A stretch of 61,899 nucleotides of DNA, filler included, from Nemertoderma westbladi (Eukaryota; Animalia; Xenacoelomorpha): NCBI GenBank assembly GCA_032718475.1. It is 4 parts of 4 records of this genome, joined end to end, with 100 filler letters (N's around TTAATTAATTAA, not from the genome) between each part and the next. Parts side by side here need not be neighbours in the genome. Positions count along the whole stretch, not along the records: positions 1 to 27,837 come from JAUCBJ010004690.1; 3 more parts are not named here. The stretch is one strand, 5' to 3'. A program made the translations under genes and the position numbers. Every line of letters starts with the position of its first letter. Position 1 is the stretch's first letter. The notes beneath the pieces are model-generated. The model did not search any database. It saw nothing but the letters and a program-made list of their open reading frames with translations, and was not told where the DNA came from. Positions 11,279 to 24,700 of the stretch are shown in pieces.

Positions 11279-14065
11279 TTGAGTTGTTGTACTATGAATT
11301 GCCAGAGTATCGGCAACAAATTACATGATTTAACGCATTTTTTAGACACATCTGGTCACACAGTGGTTGGTATTACGGAAAGTTGGTTGCGTGAGAGTAT
11401 TACCGATGCAATGGTTGTAGATCATAATCGTTTTCATATTTTTAGAAAGGACCGTGTCAGCACCACCGGCGGTGGTGTGGCCATAATAATTGATAAGGCT
11501 AAGGCTTTAAAATGTTCTAGAATTTTCCCTGACAAAAAGTATGACGATTGTGAAATAATTGCTGTTGATATTCTCGGTGACGCCCCAACAAGATTAATTT
11601 GTGCTTATCGCAGCAACAGTGTGGTATGCAGTACCATTGATTATGTTAATTTATTTTGTGATTGTATATCTAATCTATCAGATGTAAATTACCCCATTGT
11701 TTGTTTCGGCGATTTTAATTTTCGTGATTTTAACTGGGAGGCAATGACCTTTCCTGACTCTGATATATATAATGCCTTTTTTAATTGTGTACACGAGGCG
11801 GGGTTCACCCAACTTGTCAACAAACCTACAAGGGGTGTTAGTACACTGGACTTAGTTTTTACTAGTGATGTGTTGTGTGTTAGTGACGTCACAGTTGACG
11901 TCGGTTTTTCAACAAGTGACCATTCATCTGTATTTTTTAATCTATGTGGTCCCTATCAGTTTGTAAATAGTGAACCTGTACAATATTTAGATTATAAGAA
12001 CGGCGACTATGTAGCATTTTCTTCCTTTTTAGATACTCAAGATTGGCATTGCAATTTTGAATCATGTATTGCAGTAGATGATTATTGGATTGCTTTTTAT
12101 AATGTTGTTAACGCTGGTATAACGCGTTTTATTCCATGCAAAGATATTCCTGTTTCTTTTAGAAAACGTTATCCCGATCACATTAGGCAACTTCAACGAA
12201 AAAAGAAATTACTATGGAAAAGGCGGCACACACCACAGGGTAACCTAGCTTACAATAGGTGTGCGAAGGAAATTTCTAGAACAATATTTAGGAATTTGTG
12301 TCTGAGAGAAAATAAGATTTTAACCTCAGGCCGTCCAAACGCTATTTTTAGCTACATTAGTTCCAAGAGAAATTATAAATCTGGAGTTGCCCCTTTGAAT
12401 TTCAAAGGTGATGTGATCGTTGACGACGCAATTAAAGCCAGGATTTTTTCGAAGGTTCTGGCAGAGAATTACTGTAACGATGATGGTAATTGCCCCCCTT
12501 TCAGTCGTGCGGTGCCAAATAATACACATATTAGCGACATTACTTTTAATCCCAGTGTAGTACTTAAGATTTTACGAGACCTACCATCAAAGTCTGGCTC
12601 AACACCAGATGGAATGCCTAGCTTATTATACCGTAGTTTGGCTACACAGCTAGCAACGCCTTTGTCTGTTATGTTTGAAATATCTTTCAGTTTACATGTG
12701 TTACCCAATATCTGGCTTACAGCAATTGTAGTACCCCTGTTCAAGAAAGATGACCCGTCCAACCCATACAACTACCGGCCAATTTCTTTGACTTGCATTG
12801 CCTGCAAAATAATGGAAACTTGTATTAAAAATGAACTTTTAAAGTACCTACTTTCGAATGGCCTAATTTCTAAAAATCAACACGGCTTTCTCAAACGCCG
12901 CTCAACTGCAACTCATCTCCTCGAGTGCACGAACGATTGGTACAAATTATTAGATAATAAACAGAACATCGATATTATTTATATCGACTTCGAGAAGGCC
13001 TTCGATAAGGTGGTACACTCTAAACTTTTACAAAAACTGGCCGCGTATGGGATTTCAGGTAATCTATTTGACTGGATTGTCGCCTTCTTAGCTAATCGTA
13101 GTCAACGTGTTTTAGTTGGATACAAATACTCAGATTATGTTGACGTCAAATCAGGAACACCCCAAGGAAGCGTCTTGGGGCCGATTTTGTTCCTAGTTTT
13201 TGTAAACGATTTGCCTTCGGAATTTACAAATGTAGGTTGCAAACTATTTGCTGACGATTTAAAATTATATGGAAACAGTAATAATCCGGCAAACATTCAA
13301 AATGCGTTGGATAGATTAGCCAGTTGGAGTAAAACCTGGCAGCTCAATGTCGCTGCTCACAAATGTCATGTACTTCACCTTGGTACACGCACACCGAGTG
13401 AGTACACTCTCAACGGTTCTATTCTAGAACTCAAGGAGAGTTGTAAGGACCTAGGTATTATCGTTACCAAAAATCTGCGTTTCAGCAAATACTGCAGCCA
13501 ACAAGTATCCAAGGCGTATAAAATGTGCAATATATTATTTAGGTGCTTCCACACTTCTAATGTCAACGTACTTATTACGGCTTATAAGGCGTATGTTCAC
13601 CCACTGTTAGAGTATTGTACTGTGGTTTGGTCTCCTCACCAAATCTTTAATATAAAATTGGTTGAGCGCGTCCAACGATATTTCACCAGACGATTGTTTT
13701 CAAGATGTCAGTTAACACACATAGATAACAGTTACTCTAATAGATTAATACACTTGAAACTCCAACCATTAGAAGTTAGGCGAATTATTTTTGATATCCG
13801 TATGGTTTATAATATTTGTCACAATAACATTGACCTTCATTTTAACGATTTTTTCTCGCATGTGCAACGGCAAGGTTTGCGAGGCCATAACAGGAAACTG
13901 TTTGCACAGCCTAGCAGGCTAGTCGTTGTCAGAAATCGTTTTGCCAGCCGTATAGTATCCGTGTGGAATTCCTTGCCCTCAGATGCCGTTAATGCACGTA
14001 ATTTGTATATTTTTAATTGCCATATACGTCATATTGATTTTAGTCACTTGTGTCATTTTGTTTAA
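11279..14065 (+). CDS. LINE ORF2p (APE endonuclease + reverse transcriptase)
   Basis: NCQSI, ITESWL, GGGVAI, GDFN, LDLV, SDH; NYRPISLT, QHGF, DFEKAFD, GTPQGSVLGP, LFADD. The frame is open upstream to the stop at 10982-10984. Confidence 0.95.
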   Translation: MSCCTMNCQSIGNKLHDLTHFLDTSGHTVVGITESWLRESITDAMVVDHNRFHIFRKDRVSTTGGGVAIIIDKAKALKCSRIFPDKKYDDCEIIAVDILGDAPTRLICAYRSNSVVCSTIDYVNLFCDCISNLSDVNYPIVCFGDFNFRDFNWEAMTFPDSDIYNAFFNCVHEAGFTQLVNKPTRGVSTLDLVFTSDVLCVSDVTVDVGFSTSDHSSVFFNLCGPYQFVNSEPVQYLDYKNGDYVAFSSFLDTQDWHCNFESCIAVDDYWIAFYNVVNAGITRFIPCKDIPVSFRKRYPDHIRQLQRKKKLLWKRRHTPQGNLAYNRCAKEISRTIFRNLCLRENKILTSGRPNAIFSYISSKRNYKSGVAPLNFKGDVIVDDAIKARIFSKVLAENYCNDDGNCPPFSRAVPNNTHISDITFNPSVVLKILRDLPSKSGSTPDGMPSLLYRSLATQLATPLSVMFEISFSLHVLPNIWLTAIVVPLFKKDDPSNPYNYRPISLTCIACKIMETCIKNELLKYLLSNGLISKNQHGFLKRRSTATHLLECTNDWYKLLDNKQNIDIIYIDFEKAFDKVVHSKLLQKLAAYGISGNLFDWIVAFLANRSQRVLVGYKYSDYVDVKSGTPQGSVLGPILFLVFVNDLPSEFTNVGCKLFADDLKLYGNSNNPANIQNALDRLASWSKTWQLNVAAHKCHVLHLGTRTPSEYTLNGSILELKESCKDLGIIVTKNLRFSKYCSQQVSKAYKMCNILFRCFHTSNVNVLITAYKAYVHPLLEYCTVVWSPHQIFNIKLVERVQRYFTRRLFSRCQLTHIDNSYSNRLIHLKLQPLEVRRIIFDIRMVYNICHNNIDLHFNDFFSHVQRQGLRGHNRKLFAQPSRLVVVRNRFASRIVSVWNSLPSDAVNARNLYIFNCHIRHIDFSHLCHFV

Positions 14066-15754
14066 ATATGCACACATTATACCCCGCCTCGTATTTTGAT
14101 TTGATTTTGATTTTTATTTTTTTTATATTTTCTCTGTTCATAATGACTGACCGTGTTTTACCATTTTATTTTTTTAGTTTGCAATATTTTTACTTAATTC
14201 CAATAGAGATACGCTCGTAAGTGCAACATTGCCTGGGTTATCTTCTCCCTCCATACATATAATTGTTTAATTAAAGGTCTAATTCAATTTCATTTTGTGA
14301 ATATGTATGTCATTAAGATTAATTTTAAATAATTAATTATTTTATTTGTCGGTGCAATTATTTGGAGTGCAATTACATTACATTACATTACATTACCAGG
14401 CTGCCAGGTTTACAGTTTAAATGAGTTATAATCTGATAATAGGCTATAGGCCTATTCCGGTTTAATTAGTTGAAAAATTCAAAATTTATATGGCATGGCA
14501 ATATAATTATGATTATTAAACGTTAAATTATTAAAAGTAATGAAAAACAAATAAATAAGTAAACCAGATATTAAAAACGTTAATGCAATTCAAAATCTTC
14601 AGAACGTCTGGTTTTCAAAAATAATAAAGTCAATACCATACACCATACCATATATCTGTATATAGTCAACATACCTGATACCATATACAGATATAGCAGT
14701 ATACTGGTATAGGATAGGCCTATGCCTATCTGCCTATATATTACTGCTGTACTGCATTATACCTACTGACTGACTGATATAGGCAATACAGCAATACTCT
14801 GATACTAATACATAGGCCTACTGTGTACTGCAATACAGCAATAGGCTTACCAATACCAATCTACAAGCAATCAAGACAGCTCAAGACACCTCAAACCTGC
14901 AAACTGTCAAACAGTTCATAATTGCTTAAATTGTGCAATCAACATTGATGCATTCTGGCATTGACGTACCGGTAGAGCTACTGTATCAGTATTAACTTCA
15001 AAAATGTTTCAGTTTATAGCATTCAATGTTACAGTACCACCCAGGCCATGGTACCACACTTAGAATTAATAGATTACAGGATTACTACGTCATTTCTGCG
15101 GTTTATACTGTGAACCTACGGCTGTACGGTGGCCCACTTCTGCAATTAAAGGGCTCTTATGATAATGTTTGATATAACGAGAGAAAGCCGCCCCAATATT
15201 AGATTATTACAACAACATATCCATTGGGTAAGAAAGTGGAGGAGAGCCAGCCCGTCTCTTAATTTTTTACTTTATATTACGCGATCAATTTTCACTCATC
15301 TCGTCATGAACCCAACATGTATGTAACCTTTTGTTAAATTTGTTGGCTATGCGTTTGCGGTTGTTTGGGCGGAGTGTGGTAGGCCTACACTTTTCACACT
15401 TAAATATTTTGGTTGTGAAATGTTACAGGGCATAGCTATCTGAGATATTTCATTTATATTTTATTATGAGAGGAAGAAGAACATACAACGTTATTTACTA
15501 TATATGTAACAAAATAATTGTTTTCGGGTTTAACTTGGAAGCCTCCCCAAATAGTTGATATACAATTATATTTAAAATTATTTCCATGGTCATGGTCATT
15601 CACCCGTCTTTAGTTAGAAATTTGTTTGCATGAAAGACAGTTTAGTTTAGTTTTTGCTGATTTATTATCTCTTATCTGACTGGGGTAATAATAAAGGATA
15701 GGAAGCAAGGAATGGAAGCAAAGTGTGACAGTAACAAATATTTCCCCGTCACCC

Positions 15755-18700
15755 TAGCATGTCTTAAGTATATGATATATCAAAGGGGGAAGTTTGGATT
15801 CACTGCATAAATGCAGTTCACCAAACTTCCCCCGAATGCACACTGTAACTTCCCCCTTCCCCCAAATATACACTGTTAAATTAATTTGAAGCGATATAAT
15901 AAGTACAAAATTGTGCGAGTTTTTAATTGTGTGGTCCAATTGTTATTTGATTTCTATTTATTATTTAAAGTGCATTTAATATCACACTGGTTTAACCTTA
16001 TGTTTTATTAATTTACCCAATCGAAGCCTCATAAGGGTCGGTTATTTGTACGCATATCCCCTAATGCGCTCAGTAAGGTTCAAACAACATATTAATATGA
16101 AAATAAAGTATCTGCAAAGAAAATAACCCAATACTATATAATTTGACCTTATTAAAAAATTTGCACTTTTGCACACGTATTTGTACAAATGCACTTTAGC
16201 AGATCGTAATGGTGGCTCTTATTTAACAAACTTATGTTTATCCTCTACCGATCTACGATGGTGTATGATCAAGTGTCAGTCGCTAAAAGTGTCAAAAATC
16301 CAATTTAATAAATCTGGATTTGCGATTTTGGACCATATTCATGGACATTTTTAAGTCACTTTATAGACATAAAAAGTTAAACAAATGTTACGATTATAGT
16401 TAGAAATCATTCCAAACTACATTTTAATCCAAAAAATAACATTCTACGATGAATAGAACTGGAAATAACAGTGTTTGAAATATCGAAAAACTGTTCACTA
16501 TTTAAGTGCATTTTGCACTAAGTGCACATAAGTCTTTTCCCAAGTTTTATCCTATTTCACACACTACAATCTATCCTCTATCCAATGAAAAAAGTTTCAG
16601 ATTAAACGGCCCTGTAGAACCGAAGTTATTTATGTTTAAAAATAGTCACTCGAAAATTTCAAATTCTCTTGGTCACATAGTCTAGTGGTTATCAATCACG
16701 TTAATGAAACCTAAGTTCGCGGGTTCGAAATCCAATATTGACCTGACCATTCTTAATTTTTTTGCAAAAAAAATTATTTTTATTTTTTCACTAAAATCGC
16801 TCTAACTTCGGTTCTGGTGGTCCAAATTCAATATAATTGGTATATTCTTTGCCGTAATTTTTTTCTTAATCTTTTGAGAAGGGGTTATTTTTGGCCCCAA
16901 AAAAATTAAAAAAAAGGGCCAAAATAACGCGATATTTTTCAACCCTTAAAATTCGTAATTTTAATTATATATGTTAAGATAAAAGATAGCGGAGTTAATT
17001 TGATACTTTTTACAGGTACTTTTGGCGCAATACGCTAAATTATAATGGAGTATCGATTTGTTAAAAAAAAAAAATTTTTCGTCCCTTTTTATAAATATTA
17101 TATTTCACACGATCGTCTGCCGCTCCAGTTTTATAATACCTCCGGCGCTGTAATTAACGCTGTTAGATAGATAATTTAACGCAATATAAGTCTGTGTAAA
17201 CAAATCTCCCGTAAGTTAAGTAGTTTTCGAGCTAGACGATTTCCCGCGAAGCGAGTTTGAAGCGCGAAATTATAATTTTGGCCCTCATTTTTTTAATATC
17301 ATCCTTGGAGCAAAACCGATAGCATATTTGAATTCCCCGTATCGATATTGACCGCATAGAATGTACCTTAACCAACTAAAGTTAAAAATAAAAAAATATT
17401 CGATAAAAACTACTTTACAAATTCTGGCCCTTTTTGGCCCCTATTGCCGACATATTTTTTGTACCCCCATTCGATAGGAACGTAGCCCCAATAGTCTTCT
17501 ACGAGTTTCATAAAAGAATTAGTGGATTCCTACCCGCGTTGTCGAATTAAACATTTCGGAAATAAGTGTTCCAAAAAAGACGGACAAAAACGTACAAATT
17601 TACGGCCCCTTTTTCCACCCGAAATTTTAATAAATATCTTACCCCCATTCGATACGAAGGTAGTACCACTCTTCCCCTTTCCAACCGCGTTACTTTCGTC
17701 CCCGTACGATTAATATTAGCCGAGTTATAGCGGATCCTGCAAAGTCATTTTGTCCGTTTTTTCAACTTTGACGGACAATTTCGGGAAAAAGGCGTGGTAA
17801 TCTTTTTTGAAAAAAAAAACGAATTCACCAATTAATCCCTTCTATCGTATCCCGGCGTCGGCTAAGCAATAACCTAGGGTTTTTTCGAGCCACTGTAGAG
17901 CGCCTTTCAAATTTTTTTTAAAAAAGTCGAAAAAATGACGGTTTTTTGTCCGCCGTGTCCGTCGAGGGGATAGATTTACTAATGTTAGAGTTGCTAATAT
18001 CTTAGAATTCCGAGCCGCTCCCCTGGTGCGAAAATAAAAAAAATTGGTCAGTTCCTTCATCGAAAAGTCCCCCAGAATCCCAAGTTAACCTATATAGTTA
18101 GCGATGGGCTGCGGCTTTGGGAGCGGCCGCGGTATTCACCTCCCTCATAGCGGCCGCGGTGGTGTTGCGTCAAATGGAGAAATATTTATCCCACCAAGGT
18201 GGGCCCCTCCATGAAAATATACTTAACGAAAGACCACGAGGTAAAGGGAAAAGCGTGGAGGGAGTGGGAAGGATGGGGGTATGGGTCGAATGACATGACA
18301 AGAGGGGAGACGAACTGGACTCGTTAATTTTATATTACTCGAAATTTTATGTAATATATTTTCGCTCCCAGTGTACGCTTGTTCTATATACCGGTAACCC
18401 CTTAATATTAACATATACTACTCAGTCGTTTGTACATAATAAGAAGTCTGTAAGTTATAGTTACTGAAACATTTCAGCTCGGAAATTATAATATATGAAT
18501 CAAGGATGTCTCTATTAAGATCTACATAGAATAGATATGGTTATTGATACTGTTATATTGTGATAATGGATTCTAGGTTTCTTTCACTGGTAAATCCCTA
18601 TAGATGTTGAAGTAATAAAATTTAATTACAGAACCATAGTTCGAAGATCAGCGTTATTCATACCACTAATTGCTTAGAAATTTTACAGGATAATATTGTT

Positions 18701-21700
18701 AATCGGACTTAAGTTGTTTAGGTTGAACAAAGTCTACATAGTAAACAACGGGTCCTCCAAAGAATGTGCCTTTGGTATATTATATTACGAAGGGGGAAGT
18801 TAGAATCACTGCATAAATGCAGTTCATCTAACTTCCCCCAAATATCCACTGTTGATTAAAATTGGTTTTTTACTCTTTTTTACGCTTTTAACACTGGTTT
18901 TTTAGAATATTTCTACCTTATTTTTATTAATTTACCCAATCGAACCCTTATAAGGACCGGTTATTTGTACACATACTCCTAATGCGCTCAGTAAGGTCCA
19001 AACAACATTTTAATATGAAAATAAACTATCTGCAACGAAAAGAACCCAATAATACGCCATTTGACCTTATTAAAAAAAAATGCACATTTGCACACATATT
19101 TGCACAAGTGCACTTTAGCGGATCCTGAAGGTGGTTCCTATTTAAAACACTTATGTCTATCCTCTACCGATCTACGATGGTGCATGATCAAGTGTCAGTC
19201 GCTAAAAGTGTAAAAAATGAAATTTAATAGATCGCGACATTTGCGATTTTTGACCATATTCATGGACATTTTAAGTCACTTTATAAACATTAAAAGATAA
19301 ATAAATGTTAAGATTATAGTTAGAAATCACTCCAAACTACATTTTAACCCAAAAAATAACATTCTAGGATGTATAGAACTTGAAATAATAGTGTTTGAAA
19401 TATCGAAAAAAGGTGCACTATTTAAGTGTATTTTGCACTAAGTGTACATGAGTCTTTTCCAAAGTTGTATCCTATTTCACACACTACAATCTATCCTCTA
19501 TCCAATGAAAAAAGTTTCAGATCAAACGGCCCAGTAGAACCGAAGTTATTGATGTTTAAAATTAGTCACTCGAAAATTTCAAATTCACTTGGTCACATAG
19601 TCTAGTGGTAATCAATCACGTTAATGAAACCGAAGTTCGCGGGTTCGAAATCCAATATTGACCATTCTTAATTTTTTGTAAAAAAATTTTTTTTTATTTT
19701 TTCACTAAAAACGCTCTAACTTCGGTTCTGGTGGTCCAAATTCAATAACATTGGTATATTCTTTGCCGTAATTTTTTTTTCTATCTTTTGAGAGGGGGTC
19801 ATTTTTGGCCCCAAAAAAAATGAAAAAAAAGGGCCAAAATTACGCGATATTTTTCGACCCTTAAAATTCGTAATTTTAATTATAAATGTTAAGAAAAAAG
19901 ATAGCGGAGGTAATTTGCTAAGTTTTAAATGTACTTTTGGCGCAATACGCTAAATTATAATGGAGTAGCGCTTTATTAAAAAAAAAATTTTTTTCGTCCC
20001 TTTTTATAAATATTTTATTTCACACGATCGTCTGCCGCACCAGTTGTATAATAGCTACGGCGCTGTAACTAACGCTGAAAGATAGATAATTTAACGCTCT
20101 ATAAGAATGTTTTAATACGTCTCCCAGACGTTGAGTAGTTTTCGAGCTAGACGTGTTCCCGCGCAGCCAGTTTGAAACGCGAAATTTTTATATTGGCCCT
20201 CATTTTTTTTATATCATTTGTGCAGCAAAACCAATCGAATATTTGGATTGCCCGTATCAATATTAACCGTATAAAATGCACCTTAACCGTCCAGAGTCAA
20301 AAATTAAAAAGTTATTAGTTATAAATAATTTATCATATTCTGGCCCTTTTTGGACCCTTTTGCCGACATAATTTCTGTACCCCCATTCGATAGGAATGAA
20401 GCCCCTGTGATCCTTTACTCGTTCCGAAAAAGAATTGGCAGATTCCTACTAGCGTTTTCGAATTAATGATTTCGGAAATATGAATTATATAAAAAAGACG
20501 GACAAAAACGGAAAAATTACGACCCCTATTTCGACCCGACATATTAATAAATATCTTACCCCCATTCGATACGAAAGTAGTACCACTCTTTCCCTATCCA
20601 CCCGCGTTACTTTGGTCTCGGTAAAATTAATACTAGCAGAGTTATAGCGGATCCCGCAAAGTCATTTTGTCCGTTTTCTCGACTTTGACGGACATTAGCT
20701 ACAAAACCATCGACTTAATTTTTAAAACAAAAATATGTGAAATCTAATTTTTAGACCCACTTTCGATTCCGCGCGACGCCTAGTCCGTAGGGACGATATT
20801 TTTTTTTTTTTACATAGACCCTAATGGTGAATTCGCGCGGAGACGACGGACAATCGTCCGTAATGTCCGTCAAACCGATAGATCGGAGAATCCTAATGGA
20901 TCAAATGTCTTAGGATCGGCCGAAGCGTGTCTGGTGAAAAAATGAAGGAAAAATAGTGGTTAGTTTACGAGATCAGGCACAGACATATGTTTTTAGCAAT
21001 AAGTTATAGATCCTGCGGTGTGGGTAGTGGCCGGGTTCACCTCCCTCACGCCGGCCACTGGCTGTACTATAACGAAATATTTCATCCCACCAAGGCGGGC
21101 CCCTCAATGAAAATATACTTTACGAAAGACCACGAGGTAAAGGGAAAAGTGATGGAGGGAAGAGGAAAGATATGGGGTATGGGTCGAAAGACATGATGAG
21201 GGAAGAAAAGCTGATCTCGTTAATTTTATATTACTTGTTATTTTAAGTAATATATTTTTGCTTCGACTGAATGCTTGCTCTATAGTCTATATACTGGTTA
21301 CCCATGAATATTAATATATACTACATTATCGTTTGTACATACTACGAAGTCTGTAAGTTATAGTTACTGAAACATTTCAGCTCTGAAATTATAATATATG
21401 AATCGAGGCTGTATTTGTTACGATCTACATAGAATATATAGGTTATTGAAACCGTTATATTGTGACGATGGATTATAGGATTCTTTCACTGGTAAATCCC
21501 TATAAATGTTGAAGTAATAAAATTTAATTCCAGAACCAAAGTTTGAAGGTCTGCATTTTATACCACTCATAGCTTAGAAATTGTACAATGTATTGTCAAT
21601 CTGAGTGAAGTCGTATAGTTTCAACGAACCCTGCGTAGTAAACAACAGGTCCTCCAAAGCGAGTGCCTTTGGTAAATTATATCTTGAAGGGGGAAGTTAG

Positions 21701-24700
21701 ATTCACTGCATAAATGCAGTTCATCTAACTTCCCCCAAATATCCACTATTGAATAAATTTGAAGGGATATTATTAAGTCCAAAATTGTGAGAGTTTTTAA
21801 TTGTGTGGTCCAATTGTTTTTTGATCTCTATTTATTGTTTAAAGTGGATTTAATATCATACTGGTTTTTTAGAATATTATAACCTTATATTTTATTAATT
21901 TACCCAATCGAACCCTTATAAGGACCAGTTATTTGTACACATGTCCCTAATGCGCTCAGTAAGGTTCAAACAACATATTAATATGAAAATAAAGTATCTC
22001 CAACGAAAAGAACCCAATACTATACAATTTGATCTCATTTAAAATTTGCACTTTTGCACACTTATTTGCACAAGTGCACTTTAGCAGATCCTAATGGTGG
22101 ATCTTATTTAACAAACTTATGTTTATCCTCTACCGATCTACGACGGTGCATGATCAAGTGTCTGTTGCTAAAAGTTTCAAAAATGAAATTTAATAAATCG
22201 CGACATTTGCGATTTTGGACCATATTCATGGACATTTTAAGTCACTTTATAGACATAAAAAGGTAAACAAATGTTAAGCTTATAGTTAGAAATCACACTA
22301 AACTACATTTTAATCCAAAAAATAACATTCTATGATGAATAGAACTGAAAATAATAGTGTTTGAAATATCGAAAAAATGTGCACTTTTTAAGTGCATTTT
22401 GCACTAAGTGCACATGCGTCTTTTCCCAAGTTGTTTCCTATTTCGCACACTACAACCTATCCTCTATCCAATGAAAAAAGTTTCAGATCAAACGGACGAG
22501 TAGAACCGCAGTTATTGATGTTTAAATATAGTCACTCGAAAATTTCAAAACCACTTGGTCACATAGTCTAGTGGTCATCAATCACGTTAATGAAACCTAA
22601 GTTCGAGGGTACGAAATCCAATATTGGCCATTCTTAATTTTTTGCAAAAAAAAATATTTTTATTTTTTCACTAAAATCGCTCTAACTTCGGTTCTGGTGG
22701 TCCAAATTCAATAAAATTGGTATATTCTTTGCCGTAATTTTTTTTTCTATCTTTTGAGAGGGGGTCATTTTTGGCCCCAAAAAAATGGAAAAAAAAGGGC
22801 CAAAATTACGCGATATTTTTCGACCCTTAAAATTCGTAATTTTAATTATAAATGTTAAGAAAAAAGATAGCGGAGGTAATTTTCTACATTTTAAATGTAG
22901 TTTTGGTGCAATACACTAAATTATAATGGAGTAGCAATTTATTTAAAAAAAAATTTTTTTGTCCCTTTTTATAAATATTTTATTTCACACGATCGTCTGC
23001 CGCACCAGTTGTATAATAGCTACGGCGTTGTAACTAACGCTGAAAGATAGATAATTTAACGCTCTATAAAAATGTTTAAATACGTCTCCCAGACGTTGAG
23101 TAGTTTTCGAGCTAGACGTGTTCCCGCGCAGCGAGTTTGAAACAAGAAATTTTAATATTGGCCCTCATTTTTTTTACATCATTTGCGCAGCCAAAGCAAT
23201 CGAATATTTGGATTGCCCGTATCAATATTAACCGTATAAAATGCACCTTAACCTTCTAGAGTCAAAACTTTAAACGTTATTAGCTATAAATTCTTTATCA
23301 GTTTCTGGCCCTTTTTGGACCCTTTTGCCGACATATTTTTTGTACCCCCATTCGATAGGAATGTAGCCCCTGTGATCCTTTACGCGTTCCGAAAAATAAT
23401 TGGCAGATTCCTACCCGCGTTTTCGAATTAATAATTTCGGAAATATTAATTATATAAAAATGACGGACAAAAACTGAAAATTTACGGCCCCTTTTTCCAC
23501 CCGAAATATTAATAAATATCTTACCCCCATTCGATACGACGGTAGTACCACTCTTTCCCTTTCCACCCGCCTTACTTTCGTCCCCGTACAATTAATACTA
23601 GCCGAGTTATAGCGCATCCCGCAAAGTCATTTTGTCCGTTTTCTCGACTTTGACGGACATTAGCTACAAAACCATCGACTTAATTTTCAAAAAAAAAATA
23701 TGTGAAATCTAATTTTTAGACCCTCTTTCGATTCCGCGCGACGCCTAGTCCGTTGGGGCGATATTTTTTTTTTTTTACATAGACTCTAATGGTAAATTCT
23801 CGCGGAGACGACGGACAATCGTCCGTAATGTCCGTCAAACCGATAGATCGGAGAATCCAGATGGATCAAATGTCTTAGAATCGGTCGAAGCGTCTCTGGT
23901 GAAAAAATAAAGGAAAAATAGTGGTTAGTTTAGGAGAACCGCTACAGACACCCAATCTCAGCAATATGCTATAGATTCTTCGACTTCGGAGTGGCCGGGT
24001 TCACCTCCCTCACGCCGGCCACGGGCTGTACTATTACGAAATGTTTCATCCCACCAAGGCGGGCCCCTCAATGAAAATATACTTTACGAAAGACCACGAG
24101 GTAAAGGGAAAAGTGATGGAGGGAAGAGGAAAGATATGGGGTATGGGTCGAAAGACATGATGAGGGAAGAAAAGCTGATCTCGTTAATTTTATATTACTT
24201 GTTATTTTAAGTAATATATTTTTGCTTCGACTGAATGCTTGCTCTATAGTCTATATACTGGTTACCCATGAATATTAATATATACTACATTATCGTTTGT
24301 ACATACTACGAAGTCTGTAAGTTATAGTTACTGAAACATTTCAGCTCTGAAATTATAATATATGAATCAAGGCTGTCTTTGTTACGATCTACATAGAATA
24401 GATATGGTTATTGATACTGTTACATTGTGATAATGGATTATAGGATTCTTTCACTGGTAAATCCCTATAGATGTTGAAGTAATAAAATTTAATTACAGAA
24501 CCATAGTTCGAAGATCAGCTTTATTCATACCACTCATAGCTTAGAAATTGTACAATGTATTGTCAATCTGAGTGAAGTCGTATAGTTTCAACGAACCCTG
24601 CGTAGTAAACAACAGGTCCTCTAAAGCGTGTGCCTTTGGTAAATTATATCTTGAAGGGGGAAGTTAGATTCACTGCATAAATGCAGTTCATCTAACTTCC

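Larger units (their letters stand above)
9350..14396 (+). mobile_element. Full-length, apparently intact CR1-clade LINE
   Basis: PHD-containing ORF1, uninterrupted APE-RT ORF2, AT-rich 3' UTR and an (ATTAC)n tail at 14371-14396. The 5' boundary is approximate. Confidence 0.9.

Noticed and set aside
19795-19840. Sm-site-like ATTTTTGG followed by a hairpin, suggesting an snRNA or SL RNA array
   Set aside because: The T-run is part of the hairpin stem, and no snRNA or SL donor sequence is recognisable upstream.
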